64,000 nt of DNA, from the IMG/VR virus record IMGVR_UViG_3300043427_000994. One strand, 5' to 3'. The translations under genes were made by a program, and so were the position numbers. Shown here in pieces: positions 1 to 9,711 of this stretch. The notes under the pieces were generated by a model. That model had not been told where the DNA came from and did no database searches. It saw only the letters and a list, made by a program, of their open reading frames with translations. Numbering within the stretch: the first letter of the stretch is position 1; every line of letters begins with the position of its first letter. Origin of the DNA: a virus (lineage: Duplodnaviria > Caudoviricetes).

Positions 1-647
1 CCCCATGCCGCACCATATACACGTTTAGATTTACGCTTTTTCTTTTTACGTTCTTCTAATGCCGATACATCACCGTTTCCTGTAATGTGATAGGCATCAA
101 ATGTTACATCGGGATATTCTTGTTCTAATTCTTTGAATACACGCAGGTTAGTCATGGAATCGTCGTAAAGACTTACTTGATTAAATTTTCCAGTATCTAA
201 ATAACGTCTTACCCATACTGCTTTCTTTTCAGCAGGACCCCCCTTGCCAGGCAAATTGCCTGCTCGGTGTACATGAATCTTGCTCATGTCTATGCCGTGA
301 TCGGCAAATGTCTGTAGGAAAGTTTCTTTATCGTCAAAGTCTGCTCGGGCAGTTAACATGATAACCTTGCCGCGAGTATGATCTAATATTGTTTTTAATT
401 CGTCAAGCATAGGACCAATTGGCTCACTTTCTTGACGAAACTTTTCAGCATTGCGGAACTCGCCAAAATCGTAGTCTTCGCCGTCTTGAAGTTCGTAGTT
501 ATTAAATTCTTGGTTAGTTAGAGAGCGCACAACTTCGCCATCTTTAACAACATTAATTTTAGCAGTCGTGTGGAACAGTGTATCGTCTATATCAAATATA
601 GTTAAGATACCTTTTGGCCTATCTTTGACAAAATCACTTGCTCTCAT
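1..647 (-). CDS. HAD-superfamily phosphatase (runs off window edge; not in ORF track)
   Basis: Manual translation from ATG at 647: MRASDFVKDRPKGILTIFDIDDTLFHT (DxDxT motif I), later MLTAR (motif II) and LYDD (motif IV); open to position 1. Confidence 0.85.
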   Translation of the reverse strand, partial: MRASDFVKDRPKGILTIFDIDDTLFHTTAKINVVKDGEVVRSLTNQEFNNYELQDGEDYDFGEFRNAEKFRQESEPIGPMLDELKTILDHTRGKVIMLTARADFDDKETFLQTFADHGIDMSKIHVHRAGNLPGKGGPAEKKAVWVRRYLDTGKFNQVSLYDDSMTNLRVFKELEQEYPDVTFDAYHITGNGDVSALEERKKKKRKSKRVYGAAW

Positions 648-849
648 TTTTTCCTACCGGTGGTTCACCTGTTAAGTACGGTTTACTAAACCATAATTGG
701 AACCACTCATCTGTTCCAGGTTTAATGTTATGCTTCTTTTCTAATTCTCTTTTTTCTGTGCCTGTAATACTTATGTTACTGCCGCCGTAAGGCTGGTAAC
801 CTTTAAATTCTGAAATGCCTGCTAAACGTTTAAGATCTTCTATGTTCAT
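634..849 (-). CDS. small hypothetical phage protein
   Basis: 71-aa ORF overlapping both neighbours in a tightly packed operon. Confidence 0.7.
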   Translation of the reverse strand: MNIEDLKRLAGISEFKGYQPYGGSNISITGTEKRELEKKHNIKPGTDEWFQLWFSKPYLTGEPPVGKNESK

Positions 850-1966
850 TATCTTTATTTCTATGCTGTCTATATGGGTTTATAAAATCTTCTTCCCATG
901 TACCTTCTTTAACTGCCCAGGCAAAATCTATAATGCGCCCTAGGCCGCCACCTATTTCACCAAACAAATCATCAAGATGTAACACTTCGTCAAATGTAGC
1001 ACCAGTACCTTCCATTATTAAACTAACAATCCAGTCGTTATCGCTGTTATCAATGGCTTCGTCGTATTTGGACCAAAGTTTGGGATTCTCTACAATGCGT
1101 TCGCCTAATCTACCTAACTTTTTAACTAAAGAAAATTCACGATCCATGGGCTCGGCGTCTTCCGTCAAACCATATTTTTTCATTAGAGCATATATTGGGC
1201 TACCTGGCGCAGGATTTTTTCCTGACTTTAAAAAAGCATTGATCATTCCCAATTCATGTTTCTTACGCTCAGCATCTTCTCCAATGTCGTCATTGGATTT
1301 TTTCTGTTTGACTTCGCCCTTCTTTTCAGAACGTTTGGCTTCTTTTTCTGCTTTTGCTCTGTCTCTTTCTTGTTGTTTTCTTAATTTTTCTTCTTCGGCC
1401 TGCATGTAAGGTAACATATATTCTCGAACAAGATCAAAATAAGGACGACCAGCAACTGTAGTATCTGCGGGTACACCGGAAAATTTTTCAAAGTCTTGAG
1501 GATTGTTTTCTTTAACTGCTTTGCGAACTAGACTTGCTTCACTCTTACGATCTGCTTTTTCCCATTCTATTCCGGCAAATTTATAATAACCGTGAGGACC
1601 TTCAATGCCATTTTGTTTTTGTATCATTGGTACGTAAATGTTTTTATCCTCAGGATCTGTAACTATACGTAAAATTGTGTTTTCACTGTGTTCCTTAAAA
1701 ACCATAACAGCCAATGTAAACCAACTCTGTTCCGCAACTAAATGTCCTTCTATTTCAGGATACACAGTTTTCATTGCTTCAATTTTAATTTCAAAAGGTA
1801 ATGGATCTTTAGGACCTTCGGTACTTTGGTTAGTGCCAATATACCAATGGGGAAACTTAGAAGCAACTATCCAAGCATCTCGATGACCATAGTGAGGAGG
1901 ATTAAACCTACCAAACATAATAGCAACATCATTGTTTTTATTTTCAAATAATTGTCTTAATCTCAT
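830..1966 (-). CDS. HIGH-family nucleotidyl/cytidylyltransferase-like protein with charged C-terminal extension
   Basis: MFGRFNPPHYGH = GRFxPxHxGH motif. Confidence 0.75.
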   Translation of the reverse strand: MRLRQLFENKNNDVAIMFGRFNPPHYGHRDAWIVASKFPHWYIGTNQSTEGPKDPLPFEIKIEAMKTVYPEIEGHLVAEQSWFTLAVMVFKEHSENTILRIVTDPEDKNIYVPMIQKQNGIEGPHGYYKFAGIEWEKADRKSEASLVRKAVKENNPQDFEKFSGVPADTTVAGRPYFDLVREYMLPYMQAEEEKLRKQQERDRAKAEKEAKRSEKKGEVKQKKSNDDIGEDAERKKHELGMINAFLKSGKNPAPGSPIYALMKKYGLTEDAEPMDREFSLVKKLGRLGERIVENPKLWSKYDEAIDNSDNDWIVSLIMEGTGATFDEVLHLDDLFGEIGGGLGRIIDFAWAVKEGTWEEDFINPYRQHRNKDNEHRRS

Positions 1967-1967
1967 A

Positions 1968-3113
1968 TTATTCCCCAGGGGTCCATCGTTTTCTAGGTAC
2001 TAGTTTTACATTACCAAATCTTTTATCACTGCCAGCATAGCGAACGCGACCTTCTCCTTCGGTGTCCCAAATATCCCCTTGTTCTCCTTCAATCTGATCG
2101 ATAATATCATCTTTCATATCTTGTATCATTTTCACCAGTGTAAATATTGCGCTAAGGGAGCCGTTGTATTGGGTGTTAAGAGTTTGTATTTTTTGTTGTT
2201 TAGGTTCACTGACTTTGCTAGTAGTGAGCCAATTAAAAAACATCTGTTCACTAATATTATCTAATTGTTTGGCTTTAGCAGTTTGATTTACAAACTTATA
2301 TAAGATTTCTTTTAAATCACTAAGTCCTGCTTGCGGTTGTAGGAAGCCGTCAATTTGTTTGCCATGTTGTTTTAGATATTTTTCTACATCTGTAACAGCA
2401 TTGGTATCTACTGATATTGGTTTCTTATTGTATATTGGACCTAATACAATCAAGTTGCCTGTTTTATTAAATTCTTCAAAACTATCTTTAGGTTTTTGTT
2501 CTGAGTCTGGCGCACCAAAGCGATCAAACTCAGCATGTCCAACAACCATAACTTCTGCTTTGGCAATTTTCTTTCCTAATTCACTGTTCTTACGAACATG
2601 ATAGCAGGTTTTTGATTTTGGATTAGGACAAAAAGTATAAACACCTTCTGAATCTAATTGTGGCGGATCTAAAAATAATCCGTCAGCATAAACGAATCCT
2701 ACAAAATCTTTCGGTGTGGCTTGATCAAACAGCGGATATAAACTAGAAAACTTTTCAGCAAATTGATCTCTCTGAGCTTTTTCTTCAGGAGTTTTAGGAT
2801 TTCCACTTTGATTAGAAATAAAATCTTTAACTTCTTCTGGGCTAGTACTTTTAGCACCTCGAGCCCAACCATTGTGTCCTGCTAAGATAAGAGGACCACC
2901 TTTGGTTTCACGTCCCCAATAAATTTGAGGATTACCGTCCCACTTCATGCGAATACTTTCAGCACCTTGTTGGGTAGCAAAGTCTTTGATGTGCGATAAT
3001 GCTTCCATGGTGCCCTCGCTACCATAAAAGAATACTAGATCTTCTAGGTGATTAAATGTCCGACCTAATTGTTTAGTGGCGGTTGATTCTCTAAATAGTT
3101 CTCTAAGCCTCAT
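1968..3113 (-). CDS. conserved T4-like phage protein (DUF6267-like, KWDG motif)
   Basis: FNHLEDL and MKWDGNPQIYWG motifs recognised from T4-like phage hypothetical proteins; KxDG resembles ligase motif I. Confidence 0.6.
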   Translation of the reverse strand: MRLRELFRESTATKQLGRTFNHLEDLVFFYGSEGTMEALSHIKDFATQQGAESIRMKWDGNPQIYWGRETKGGPLILAGHNGWARGAKSTSPEEVKDFISNQSGNPKTPEEKAQRDQFAEKFSSLYPLFDQATPKDFVGFVYADGLFLDPPQLDSEGVYTFCPNPKSKTCYHVRKNSELGKKIAKAEVMVVGHAEFDRFGAPDSEQKPKDSFEEFNKTGNLIVLGPIYNKKPISVDTNAVTDVEKYLKQHGKQIDGFLQPQAGLSDLKEILYKFVNQTAKAKQLDNISEQMFFNWLTTSKVSEPKQQKIQTLNTQYNGSLSAIFTLVKMIQDMKDDIIDQIEGEQGDIWDTEGEGRVRYAGSDKRFGNVKLVPRKRWTPGE

Positions 3114-3952
3114 TACGTATTCCTTGATTGCTTAGGATTTTTACGATCTTTCCACCGTTTGTCAGTAGAACACCAGTAACGTCCGTGATTGCCTTCAATG
3201 AGGCCTCTCATGTATGAAAACCAATCCACTGTGTTTAATTGGTTAACATCTTCTTTTTTAATAGTATCAACTTTCCAATTTGGGTCTTCTTCTGCTCTAG
3301 CCAACAATGCCTCTGATTCGTCTTGCGGTAAAGCAGTAAGTACACTTTCTACACTGCTTAGGTCTTCAGCATTGCTATTGTCACCGATAAGAAGTTTTGC
3401 AATTTCGTCAAGATCGTCTGTGACAAAATCTCCCTTTTTACCTTCTGCGTTTCTGCTAAACAATCCCTGCCACGCAGACCACATGTAACCTTTGCTTTTA
3501 GCCAATAGGGCTAGAATTAATTGTTTATGAACTCCCTTGTATGGACTGTCGTTGGGAATACGATGTGTATGAAACTTAGAAATTTTTTCAGCATTAGGAG
3601 TTACCATAATATCAACTTGGTGGAATTCGTCGCCTACTGGCACTCGAACGTGAACATTAATTCCACTCTGTGTTGTATCTAATCCTTTTCCGGAAATGTA
3701 ATCTTTTAATGCTCGACGACCTTCTTTGGCATCTTTGGCTTTAAAATATTCTAATACAGATTTTTCATCTACAATGACATCCATGTCTCCACTTTGTTTA
3801 CCTGGAGTTGGAGTGGCAGCACTGCCTACAGGAATAATAGTAATACCTGTTCCTTCTAAAGCACCATTAACAACATTGGTAATTTTAGGAACATTTTTAT
3901 GATCAAAAGGTGTTACATCTGGAAAGGCATTACCGCCTTCTACTAAAATCAT
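3113..3952 (-). CDS. Pol-beta-superfamily nucleotidyltransferase
   Basis: VGS...SGDMDVIVD (GS plus DxD) and a third Asp in QVDIM. Confidence 0.75.
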   Translation of the reverse strand: MILVEGGNAFPDVTPFDHKNVPKITNVVNGALEGTGITIIPVGSAATPTPGKQSGDMDVIVDEKSVLEYFKAKDAKEGRRALKDYISGKGLDTTQSGINVHVRVPVGDEFHQVDIMVTPNAEKISKFHTHRIPNDSPYKGVHKQLILALLAKSKGYMWSAWQGLFSRNAEGKKGDFVTDDLDEIAKLLIGDNSNAEDLSSVESVLTALPQDESEALLARAEEDPNWKVDTIKKEDVNQLNTVDWFSYMRGLIEGNHGRYWCSTDKRWKDRKNPKQSRNT

Positions 3953-4293
3953 TTATCACTCCTATCGTAGGTGCCTTTTTCTATTCTTTCTTTTTCATTA
4001 TGAAACATCTTTTCGGCTAATTCTTTGATTTCAGCATCAGAAAAAATATCTTTAGGATTTTTTCTAATTTTAAATTTTTTACAGTATGAATCAATTCCTT
4101 TTTTAATACAACCGTGAAAGTGATCTTGTTGACAACCTTGTCCACTTTTTAATTTATGTTTCATATCCGATATAGCAGGATATAGAATTTTTCTATAAAA
4201 CAAAGGATCGTTATTCATAAAGAACTGTAAGTCGTCAACTACATTAACGTCTTTAAGTTCATCAATTTTATCTGAAATTTCTTTTAATAGCAT
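3949..4293 (-). CDS. hypothetical protein (start corrected to MLLKEISD)
   Basis: ATG at 4293 abuts the upstream stop at 4295; the track extension to 4365 overlaps the upstream gene. Confidence 0.65.
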   Translation of the reverse strand: MLLKEISDKIDELKDVNVVDDLQFFMNNDPLFYRKILYPAISDMKHKLKSGQGCQQDHFHGCIKKGIDSYCKKFKIRKNPKDIFSDAEIKELAEKMFHNEKERIEKGTYDRSDK

Positions 4294-4294
4294 T

Positions 4295-4651
4295 TTACCA
4301 TTTCCTACATGACCAGTATCTTGCTTTAGTGCGTGGACCCGGATTGTCACAATTATGACGAGCACGGAAACTGCGTCTACGAGCAGGATTAGATTTTTTG
4401 ATTTTCATATTTGGGTCGCCAAAATTTACTTTGACGATGTTACCCCGAGGATTACGAACATAGACTTTGAACTTTTTAACATCGCCCTGCATGGGTTTTC
4501 CAAGAGGTACTTTTCGTCCGCGATACTCTGCTTCTTCCAATGTTTCTTCTACATTGCCGTAAAGCAGATAAAAATCATCACCGTGGTAGGTTTCTTCTAG
4601 CCAATTTGTTACGGCACTTAGAGATTCAAATAGTTCTTTAAAGGTTTTCAT
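4295..4651 (-). CDS. conserved basic phage protein (DUF6321-like) with T4 internal-protein-like N-terminus
   Basis: C-terminal RRRSFRARHNC...ARYWSCRKW; N-terminal MKTFKELFES. Confidence 0.65.
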   Translation of the reverse strand: MKTFKELFESLSAVTNWLEETYHGDDFYLLYGNVEETLEEAEYRGRKVPLGKPMQGDVKKFKVYVRNPRGNIVKVNFGDPNMKIKKSNPARRRSFRARHNCDNPGPRTKARYWSCRKW

Positions 4652-4674
4652 AGCGTAAACACTCGTTTATAGAG

Positions 4675-4681
4675 TATTTAT
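4675..4681 (-). promoter_or_regulatory. T4-late-like promoter motif (A)TAAATA
   Basis: ATAAATA on the minus strand 23 nt upstream of the 4651 start. TAAATA recurs upstream of genes at 9713(-), 12372(-), 12425(+), 18295(-), 21476(-), 32582(-), 32613(+), 32906(+), 36874(-), 36919(+), 56262(-), 58627(-), 61952(-). Confidence 0.7.
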
Positions 4682-4698
4682 GCTATTTTACACGACTG

Positions 4699-5349
4699 TT
4701 AAATTTCACTGTGGGTCACTAATTCTTCAACTTTTACTACTTTATTGCCTAAATAAAGGCGGCAAATGCTGAGAGTTTTAGCATCTGCTACATAAATGTA
4801 CCCACCGTATCTATAAGTACTTGCGTTTATTTTTATCTTAGACATCTTTTCAGCCCACTCTCTAAATACTGATTCGTCATTGAGCGGCTTTAAAGTAACC
4901 TTGTATTTGTGGGTATAGTCTTTTCTAATTATTATCTTAGGTCTACTAAGCAGTAATTCTTTAGTGGTTACGTTTTCTGGTTTAGAAATTTCTCGCAGTG
5001 TAATATTGTTAATGGAAGAAATTTTATCTACAATTTCTTCATTGTTAACATATACTCCTAGTATTGAACCTTCTACTCTCAGCGTATAATCATCTACTGT
5101 AGTTAGTAATTCAATTATTTTACCAGCAACTATAACGTCACCAACAACAGCATATTTTTTGCTCCAAGTAAAGCCAACCCTAATCTTTCCTTCCATATCT
5201 GAGTCAAACTTATTACTCAACTCAGTCAAGGATCGTTGGGTATCGACTAGTTTTTTTCCTCTAAAAAAGGTTGCTACAGGCGTCAGTATTGACACCTTGT
5301 ACGCATACCTATCAAAGAATAATTTATTAGTTTTCTTCAAGAATGGCAT
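4699..5349 (-). CDS. hypothetical protein
   Basis: 216-aa ORF overlapping the clpA end; no motif recognised. Confidence 0.7.
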   Translation of the reverse strand: MPFLKKTNKLFFDRYAYKVSILTPVATFFRGKKLVDTQRSLTELSNKFDSDMEGKIRVGFTWSKKYAVVGDVIVAGKIIELLTTVDDYTLRVEGSILGVYVNNEEIVDKISSINNITLREISKPENVTTKELLLSRPKIIIRKDYTHKYKVTLKPLNDESVFREWAEKMSKIKINASTYRYGGYIYVADAKTLSICRLYLGNKVVKVEELVTHSEI

Positions 5350-7564
5350 TTTCTTGTGCTTTTACAATTATTTCGTTATCAGCAACATCGATTGACACCT
5401 TGCCGCCATCCTTAAGTCCGCCAAACAACATTAGTTTAGACAGTGGACGTTTAATGTCTTTATCAATAACACGTTGTAAAGGACGAGCACCCATCTTGGG
5501 ATCAAAACCTTTTTCAACAAGGTAGTCAATGGCTTCATTACTAAGTGTAATCTTAATGCCTTTGTCTTTGACCTGTGTTTTTAACTCAACTAAGAACTTA
5601 CCAACAATTTTAATCATTGTTTCTTTGCTGAGTTTACCAAAGGTAATTATGCCGTCTAAACGATTGCGGAACTCTGGAGCAAAGAATTTCTTAAGTTCTT
5701 TATCTTCGTACCCGCTGTCTTGTGGACCAAAACCAATTGCGTTTCTATCTGCCTCGGCAGCACCCAAGTTTGTAGTCATAATCAACACAACATTACGAGC
5801 ATCTGCTTCTTTACCGTTGCTACCAGTAACCTTACCGTTGTCCATTAATTGTAGAAGGATAGTAGAAACATCGGGATGTGACTTTTCGACTTCGTCTAGT
5901 AATAATACACAATGTGGATGTTCTTGTAGTTTAGTAATCAGTAGGCCAGCATTTTCTTCAAAGCCAACATAACCTGGAGGCGATCCAATTAACTTACTAA
6001 CACTGTGTTTCTCTTGATATTCACTCATATCAAAGCGGATCATAGGAATGCCTAATTGTTTAGCCAACTGTTTGGCAGTTTCTGTTTTACCTGTACCAGT
6101 TGGGCCCATGAATACAAAACTACCTACGGGTTTGTTTTCACTCTTTAATCCTGCTTGTGCTACAAGAATCTTATCGACAATTTCTGTAATTGCTTCATCT
6201 TGTCCGTAAACCTCTCCTTTGAGATTCTTTTCAAGATTAACAAGATTTGAACTTTCTTTTTCTTTGATAGTGTCCTCTGGAAGATTTACCATCTTACTAA
6301 GTTCAAATTGAATACCAGGTACATCAACAATTTTATCTTCTTTAGAATTAATATTAAATCGCGAGCAAGCAACATCAATAAGGTCAATTGCTTTATCGGG
6401 TAATTTTTTATCTGTCATATAACGCACAGACAATTTAACTGCGGCCTCAATGGCTTCGTCGGTGATAGTAGCACCGTGATGTTTTTCGTAATATTTTTTA
6501 ACACCTTTGAGAATATCTACAGCCATTTCTGGAGTAGGCTCATCAACAGTAACACGTTGGAATCGGCGCATTAGGGCACGATCCTTTTCGAAGTACTTGC
6601 GATATTCTTCCCATGTTGTACTGGCAACTACTTTAATATTGCCCTTGCTTAGAGCAGGCTTCATCATGTTAGCAAGGTCGTTGCTATTTTGACTGCCACC
6701 AGCACCCGCACCGTTGATCATGTGTGCTTCGTCAATAAACAATACAGTCTTGCCTCTGCTTTGTAAGGCTTTAAGAACAAGTTTAAATCTTTCTTCAAAG
6801 TCTCCGCGATACTTACTACCAGCCAACATACTGCTGATATCAAGATTAAAAACAGTATATTCTTTTAAGAAATTTGGAACATGGTCGTGAATAATGTTAT
6901 AGGCCAAACCTTCTGCGATGGCAGTTTTACCAACTCCGGGATCGCCTACAAGCAGAATGTTGTTTTTATTTCTACGTCCTAGTCCTAGCGCAATTTGCTC
7001 TAATTCTTCAACTCGTCCAATTACTGGATCAATCTTATGCTTCTTGACCTGTTCATTAAGGTTGGTAGTAAATGATTTTAAAGCCTTTTCACTTTGAGCA
7101 TCAGTGACCTGTTCTTCTTCCTCGTCGATCTCGCTGTTGACAAAGTCAGCAAACTTTTCACGATCAACACCACCTTTGGTAATATAGTAAACAGCAAAAC
7201 TGCGCTTTTCACTCAAGGCACTTAGGAATACGTCTACAAGTTCGATACTTTGACGGCCACTGAACAATACCTGTGTAAACGCACGATTAAGTACACGCTC
7301 AACTGTTTGTGTTTTTTTAGGTTTAAATCCTTTTGGAATAGGATCAACTTTAATTTCGTCTAGTTTATTTTTGAGATAGTGTTCTAAATTTGTTTTGATA
7401 TAGTCACAGTCTGCTCCATAGTTAGATAGCAGATCAAAAAACTTTTCTTCGCAAAGCATAGCGAATACGAGATGTTCTAAAGTTACATACTCGTGACCCA
7501 GTTTCTTACAATCTGAAACTGCTTTTTCAAAAACTATTTGTAATTGATCACTTGGTTCTACCAT
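5327..7564 (-). CDS. clpA: ATP-dependent Clp protease ATP-binding subunit ClpA
   Basis: N-terminal HEYVTLEHL; two AAA+ modules (GDPGVGKT/LFIDEAH and GPTGTGKT/LLLDEVEK); GARPL; 745 aa with no ClpB M-domain. Confidence 0.95.
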   Translation of the reverse strand: MVEPSDQLQIVFEKAVSDCKKLGHEYVTLEHLVFAMLCEEKFFDLLSNYGADCDYIKTNLEHYLKNKLDEIKVDPIPKGFKPKKTQTVERVLNRAFTQVLFSGRQSIELVDVFLSALSEKRSFAVYYITKGGVDREKFADFVNSEIDEEEEQVTDAQSEKALKSFTTNLNEQVKKHKIDPVIGRVEELEQIALGLGRRNKNNILLVGDPGVGKTAIAEGLAYNIIHDHVPNFLKEYTVFNLDISSMLAGSKYRGDFEERFKLVLKALQSRGKTVLFIDEAHMINGAGAGGSQNSNDLANMMKPALSKGNIKVVASTTWEEYRKYFEKDRALMRRFQRVTVDEPTPEMAVDILKGVKKYYEKHHGATITDEAIEAAVKLSVRYMTDKKLPDKAIDLIDVACSRFNINSKEDKIVDVPGIQFELSKMVNLPEDTIKEKESSNLVNLEKNLKGEVYGQDEAITEIVDKILVAQAGLKSENKPVGSFVFMGPTGTGKTETAKQLAKQLGIPMIRFDMSEYQEKHSVSKLIGSPPGYVGFEENAGLLITKLQEHPHCVLLLDEVEKSHPDVSTILLQLMDNGKVTGSNGKEADARNVVLIMTTNLGAAEADRNAIGFGPQDSGYEDKELKKFFAPEFRNRLDGIITFGKLSKETMIKIVGKFLVELKTQVKDKGIKITLSNEAIDYLVEKGFDPKMGARPLQRVIDKDIKRPLSKLMLFGGLKDGGKVSIDVADNEIIVKAQENAILEEN

Positions 7565-8054
7565 TTAATTTCCTTTGTTTTTTAACAGCAAGATCTAATT
7601 TTAATTTGCTTACTTTTTTAGTAAACGTAATTCCGTCTAAATGATCTATCTCATGTTGGACACACTTCGCATCGTATCCTGATAGTGTCATTATACACTC
7701 TTTATTGTCTGTGTCAAGATATTTTACAGTCACTGAGTTTGGTCTGTTTACTTTAATAAAAAGATTTGGAAAACTAAGACAGCCCTCTTCGTCAACCGTT
7801 TCTATTTCAGCATTAACTACTTCTGGGTTAAACATAGCAAATGCCGCTTGACCTTTTGGTTTAATTACAATAACTCGACGATTAAATCCCACTTGATTAG
7901 CACTAATGCCTATGCCAAACTCGTCTTCCATTATGGCAGTCATTACTCTTTCAATTTCTTTAGGATCTAAGTCGCAGTTAAAATCAAACGGTTCTAATTT
8001 TGTGTAAAGTATTGGATCTGGATCTATTCTAAGTTGAAACTCACTAATTAGCAT
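7548..8054 (-). CDS. def: peptide deformylase
   Basis: Three PDF motifs: [24 protein letters not shown]. Confidence 0.95.
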   Translation of the reverse strand: MLISEFQLRIDPDPILYTKLEPFDFNCDLDPKEIERVMTAIMEDEFGIGISANQVGFNRRVIVIKPKGQAAFAMFNPEVVNAEIETVDEEGCLSFPNLFIKVNRPNSVTVKYLDTDNKECIMTLSGYDAKCVQHEIDHLDGITFTKKVSKLKLDLAVKKQRKLNGRTK

Positions 8055-8859
8055 ACCGTTTAGATAATTCCTCTACAATTAATTTGTCTTCGGTGAAAAT
8101 ATTCTTTGGAATTGATACTTTGATCTGTAAAAATAAATGACCACGACGTACATCATTAAATCCGGGTAACCCGTATCCGTCGCATTTAATCATTTGATCT
8201 GGTTGAATTCCTGCCGGTATGTTAACATCCAATTGACGATTATCGATAGTGTTGACTCTTATAGTTTTTCCTAATACTGCGTCAAAGGCGGTAATTTTAT
8301 ATTCCATATATAAATCTTTACCGTTTCTTGTAAAAATATGATGCGGAATTTCTATAATTTGAGCTATAAGGTCGCCCCTAGGGATCCCAGGTATACTATC
8401 GTCTCCCATACCTCTAAATTTTATAGTGTCTCCAGTTACTACTCCGGGGGGAATGTTTAGATTAATAGTTTCGTCTCGACCACTCATTAATCTAATGTTC
8501 CCAACTACTTCTTTACCTTTAAAAATTTCTTCTAGAGTCATCTCTACACGAATGTTTATACTACGATTTCTATTGTTTCGTGCTTGCCTAAATCCATTAA
8601 ATGGACCGCCACTGAACATAGCGCCAAATATGTCATCCATGTTTCCAGTATGGAACGCAAACTGTGGTTGTGGATTATCGTACTGAGAACGTTTTTGGTC
8701 GTCTCCAAGTACAGCATAAGCCTCTTGAATTTTTTGGAAATAGGAATTATCACCACCTCGGTCTGGATGATGTTTCATTGCTAATTTTCTATAGGCTTTC
8801 TTAATGTCATCCTGGGACGCATTTCGAGGTACACCTAAAATTTGATAATAATCTGTCAT
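8044..8859 (-). CDS. DnaJ-class co-chaperone (CbpA-like, no zinc finger)
   Basis: J-domain DYYQILGV...[13 protein letters not shown] and DnaJ C-terminal domain (GDL...H..F.R.G.DL). Confidence 0.9.
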   Translation of the reverse strand: MTDYYQILGVPRNASQDDIKKAYRKLAMKHHPDRGGDNSYFQKIQEAYAVLGDDQKRSQYDNPQPQFAFHTGNMDDIFGAMFSGGPFNGFRQARNNRNRSINIRVEMTLEEIFKGKEVVGNIRLMSGRDETINLNIPPGVVTGDTIKFRGMGDDSIPGIPRGDLIAQIIEIPHHIFTRNGKDLYMEYKITAFDAVLGKTIRVNTIDNRQLDVNIPAGIQPDQMIKCDGYGLPGFNDVRRGHLFLQIKVSIPKNIFTEDKLIVEELSKRYAN

Positions 8860-8865
8860 ATTGGT

Positions 8866-8900
8866 AAAAAAAGGTATAGTAAAATTATACTATACCTTTT
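8866..8900 (-). terminator. intrinsic terminator after the lysis cassette
   Basis: 12-bp inverted repeat aaaaggtatagt (8869-8880) / actatacctttt (8889-8900); U-tract on the minus strand. Confidence 0.75.
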
Positions 8901-8912
8901 AATTTATGTCAA
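8884..8912 (-). promoter_or_regulatory. sigma70-type promoter for the dnaJ-def-clpA operon
   Basis: TTGACA (8907-8912) N17 TATAAT (8884-8889). Confidence 0.85.
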
Positions 8913-8918
8913 GTCCAA

Positions 8919-9161
8919 TTATTTTTTGGCTGGTTCAGACTTTTTCTTATCATCCTTTTTAGCAGGAGCCTTGTCTGGAACTTTGGTTCCTTCGTGCTTT
9001 TTATGGATTTTAACTGTCTTACAAACTTCTTTGTCCTTACCAGTCTTAGCGTCTTTCTGCGTTACACAGACTTTTTTAGTTTCTGGTTTGTCTCCGTCGG
9101 CAGCATAAGTTGGGTATGATACTGCTAGAGCTAGACCTGCTGCAAAAATTAAATGTTTCAT
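8919..9161 (-). CDS. small exported Lys-rich protein
   Basis: Signal-peptide-like N-terminus ending in YA-A; two Cys; Lys-rich tail. Confidence 0.7.
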   Translation of the reverse strand: MKHLIFAAGLALAVSYPTYAADGDKPETKKVCVTQKDAKTGKDKEVCKTVKIHKKHEGTKVPDKAPAKKDDKKKSEPAKK

Positions 9162-9172
9162 AATCTTTTCCT

Positions 9173-9679
9173 TTATAGTTCTGGTTGTTCTGGTTGTACC
9201 GGCATTGGTTTACCTGAACTTGAAAACGCTGTAGGCGCAGGTGAACCAAAACTTGGTGTTGGTGCTGGTTTAGCAGCCGGAGCACTAAAACTTGGTGCTG
9301 GTGTTGGAGCACTAAAACTTGGTGCTGGGCTTGGCGCACTAAAACTTGGAGTTGGAGTTGCCGAAGGTAAATTTAAACCACCGTTGTTGGCTCCAGCCAT
9401 CTTTTCTTGTGTACGTCCGTAAGCGGCAATACCAAGTATAGCACCCATAGCAATATGGAATAATCCAGCGCCTTGTAGGGTAATAGGAACCCATTGTGCT
9501 TTAACTTCTCCACCACCGTGAACTTGTACAATACTCCATAGAATTGGAAATACAACAAAGTCTGCCATACAGACTACCATGTACATCCAACCCATCATTG
9601 GACGCCATTTATTATTCATCCAATCTTCTTTTTTCTTTTCGCTGTCACTCATTTTTGCGTATTCTTCTGCTGTTGCCAT
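9173..9679 (-). CDS. holin (3TM / GTA-holin-like) with Pro/Ser/Ala repeat tail
   Basis: WRPMMGWMYMVVCMADFVVFP and LFHIAMGAILGIAAYGRTQEK; located in the lysis cassette; PSFSAP repeats. Confidence 0.75.
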   Translation of the reverse strand: MATAEEYAKMSDSEKKKEDWMNNKWRPMMGWMYMVVCMADFVVFPILWSIVQVHGGGEVKAQWVPITLQGAGLFHIAMGAILGIAAYGRTQEKMAGANNGGLNLPSATPTPSFSAPSPAPSFSAPTPAPSFSAPAAKPAPTPSFGSPAPTAFSSSGKPMPVQPEQPEL

Positions 9680-9711
9680 TCTTTGCGCTCCTTTCGGCTA
9701 AAATAATACTA

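Noticed and set aside
5327-7564. Host chromosomal origin of the window (clpA, clpP, infA, rpoZ, def)
   Set aside because: These genes are interspersed with baseplate, fibre, spanin and clamp-loader genes and T4-like late motifs, with no bacterial operon context.
9240-9360. Tandem actaaaacttgg repeats as a CRISPR array or iterons
   Set aside because: They encode the PSFSAP tail of the holin.
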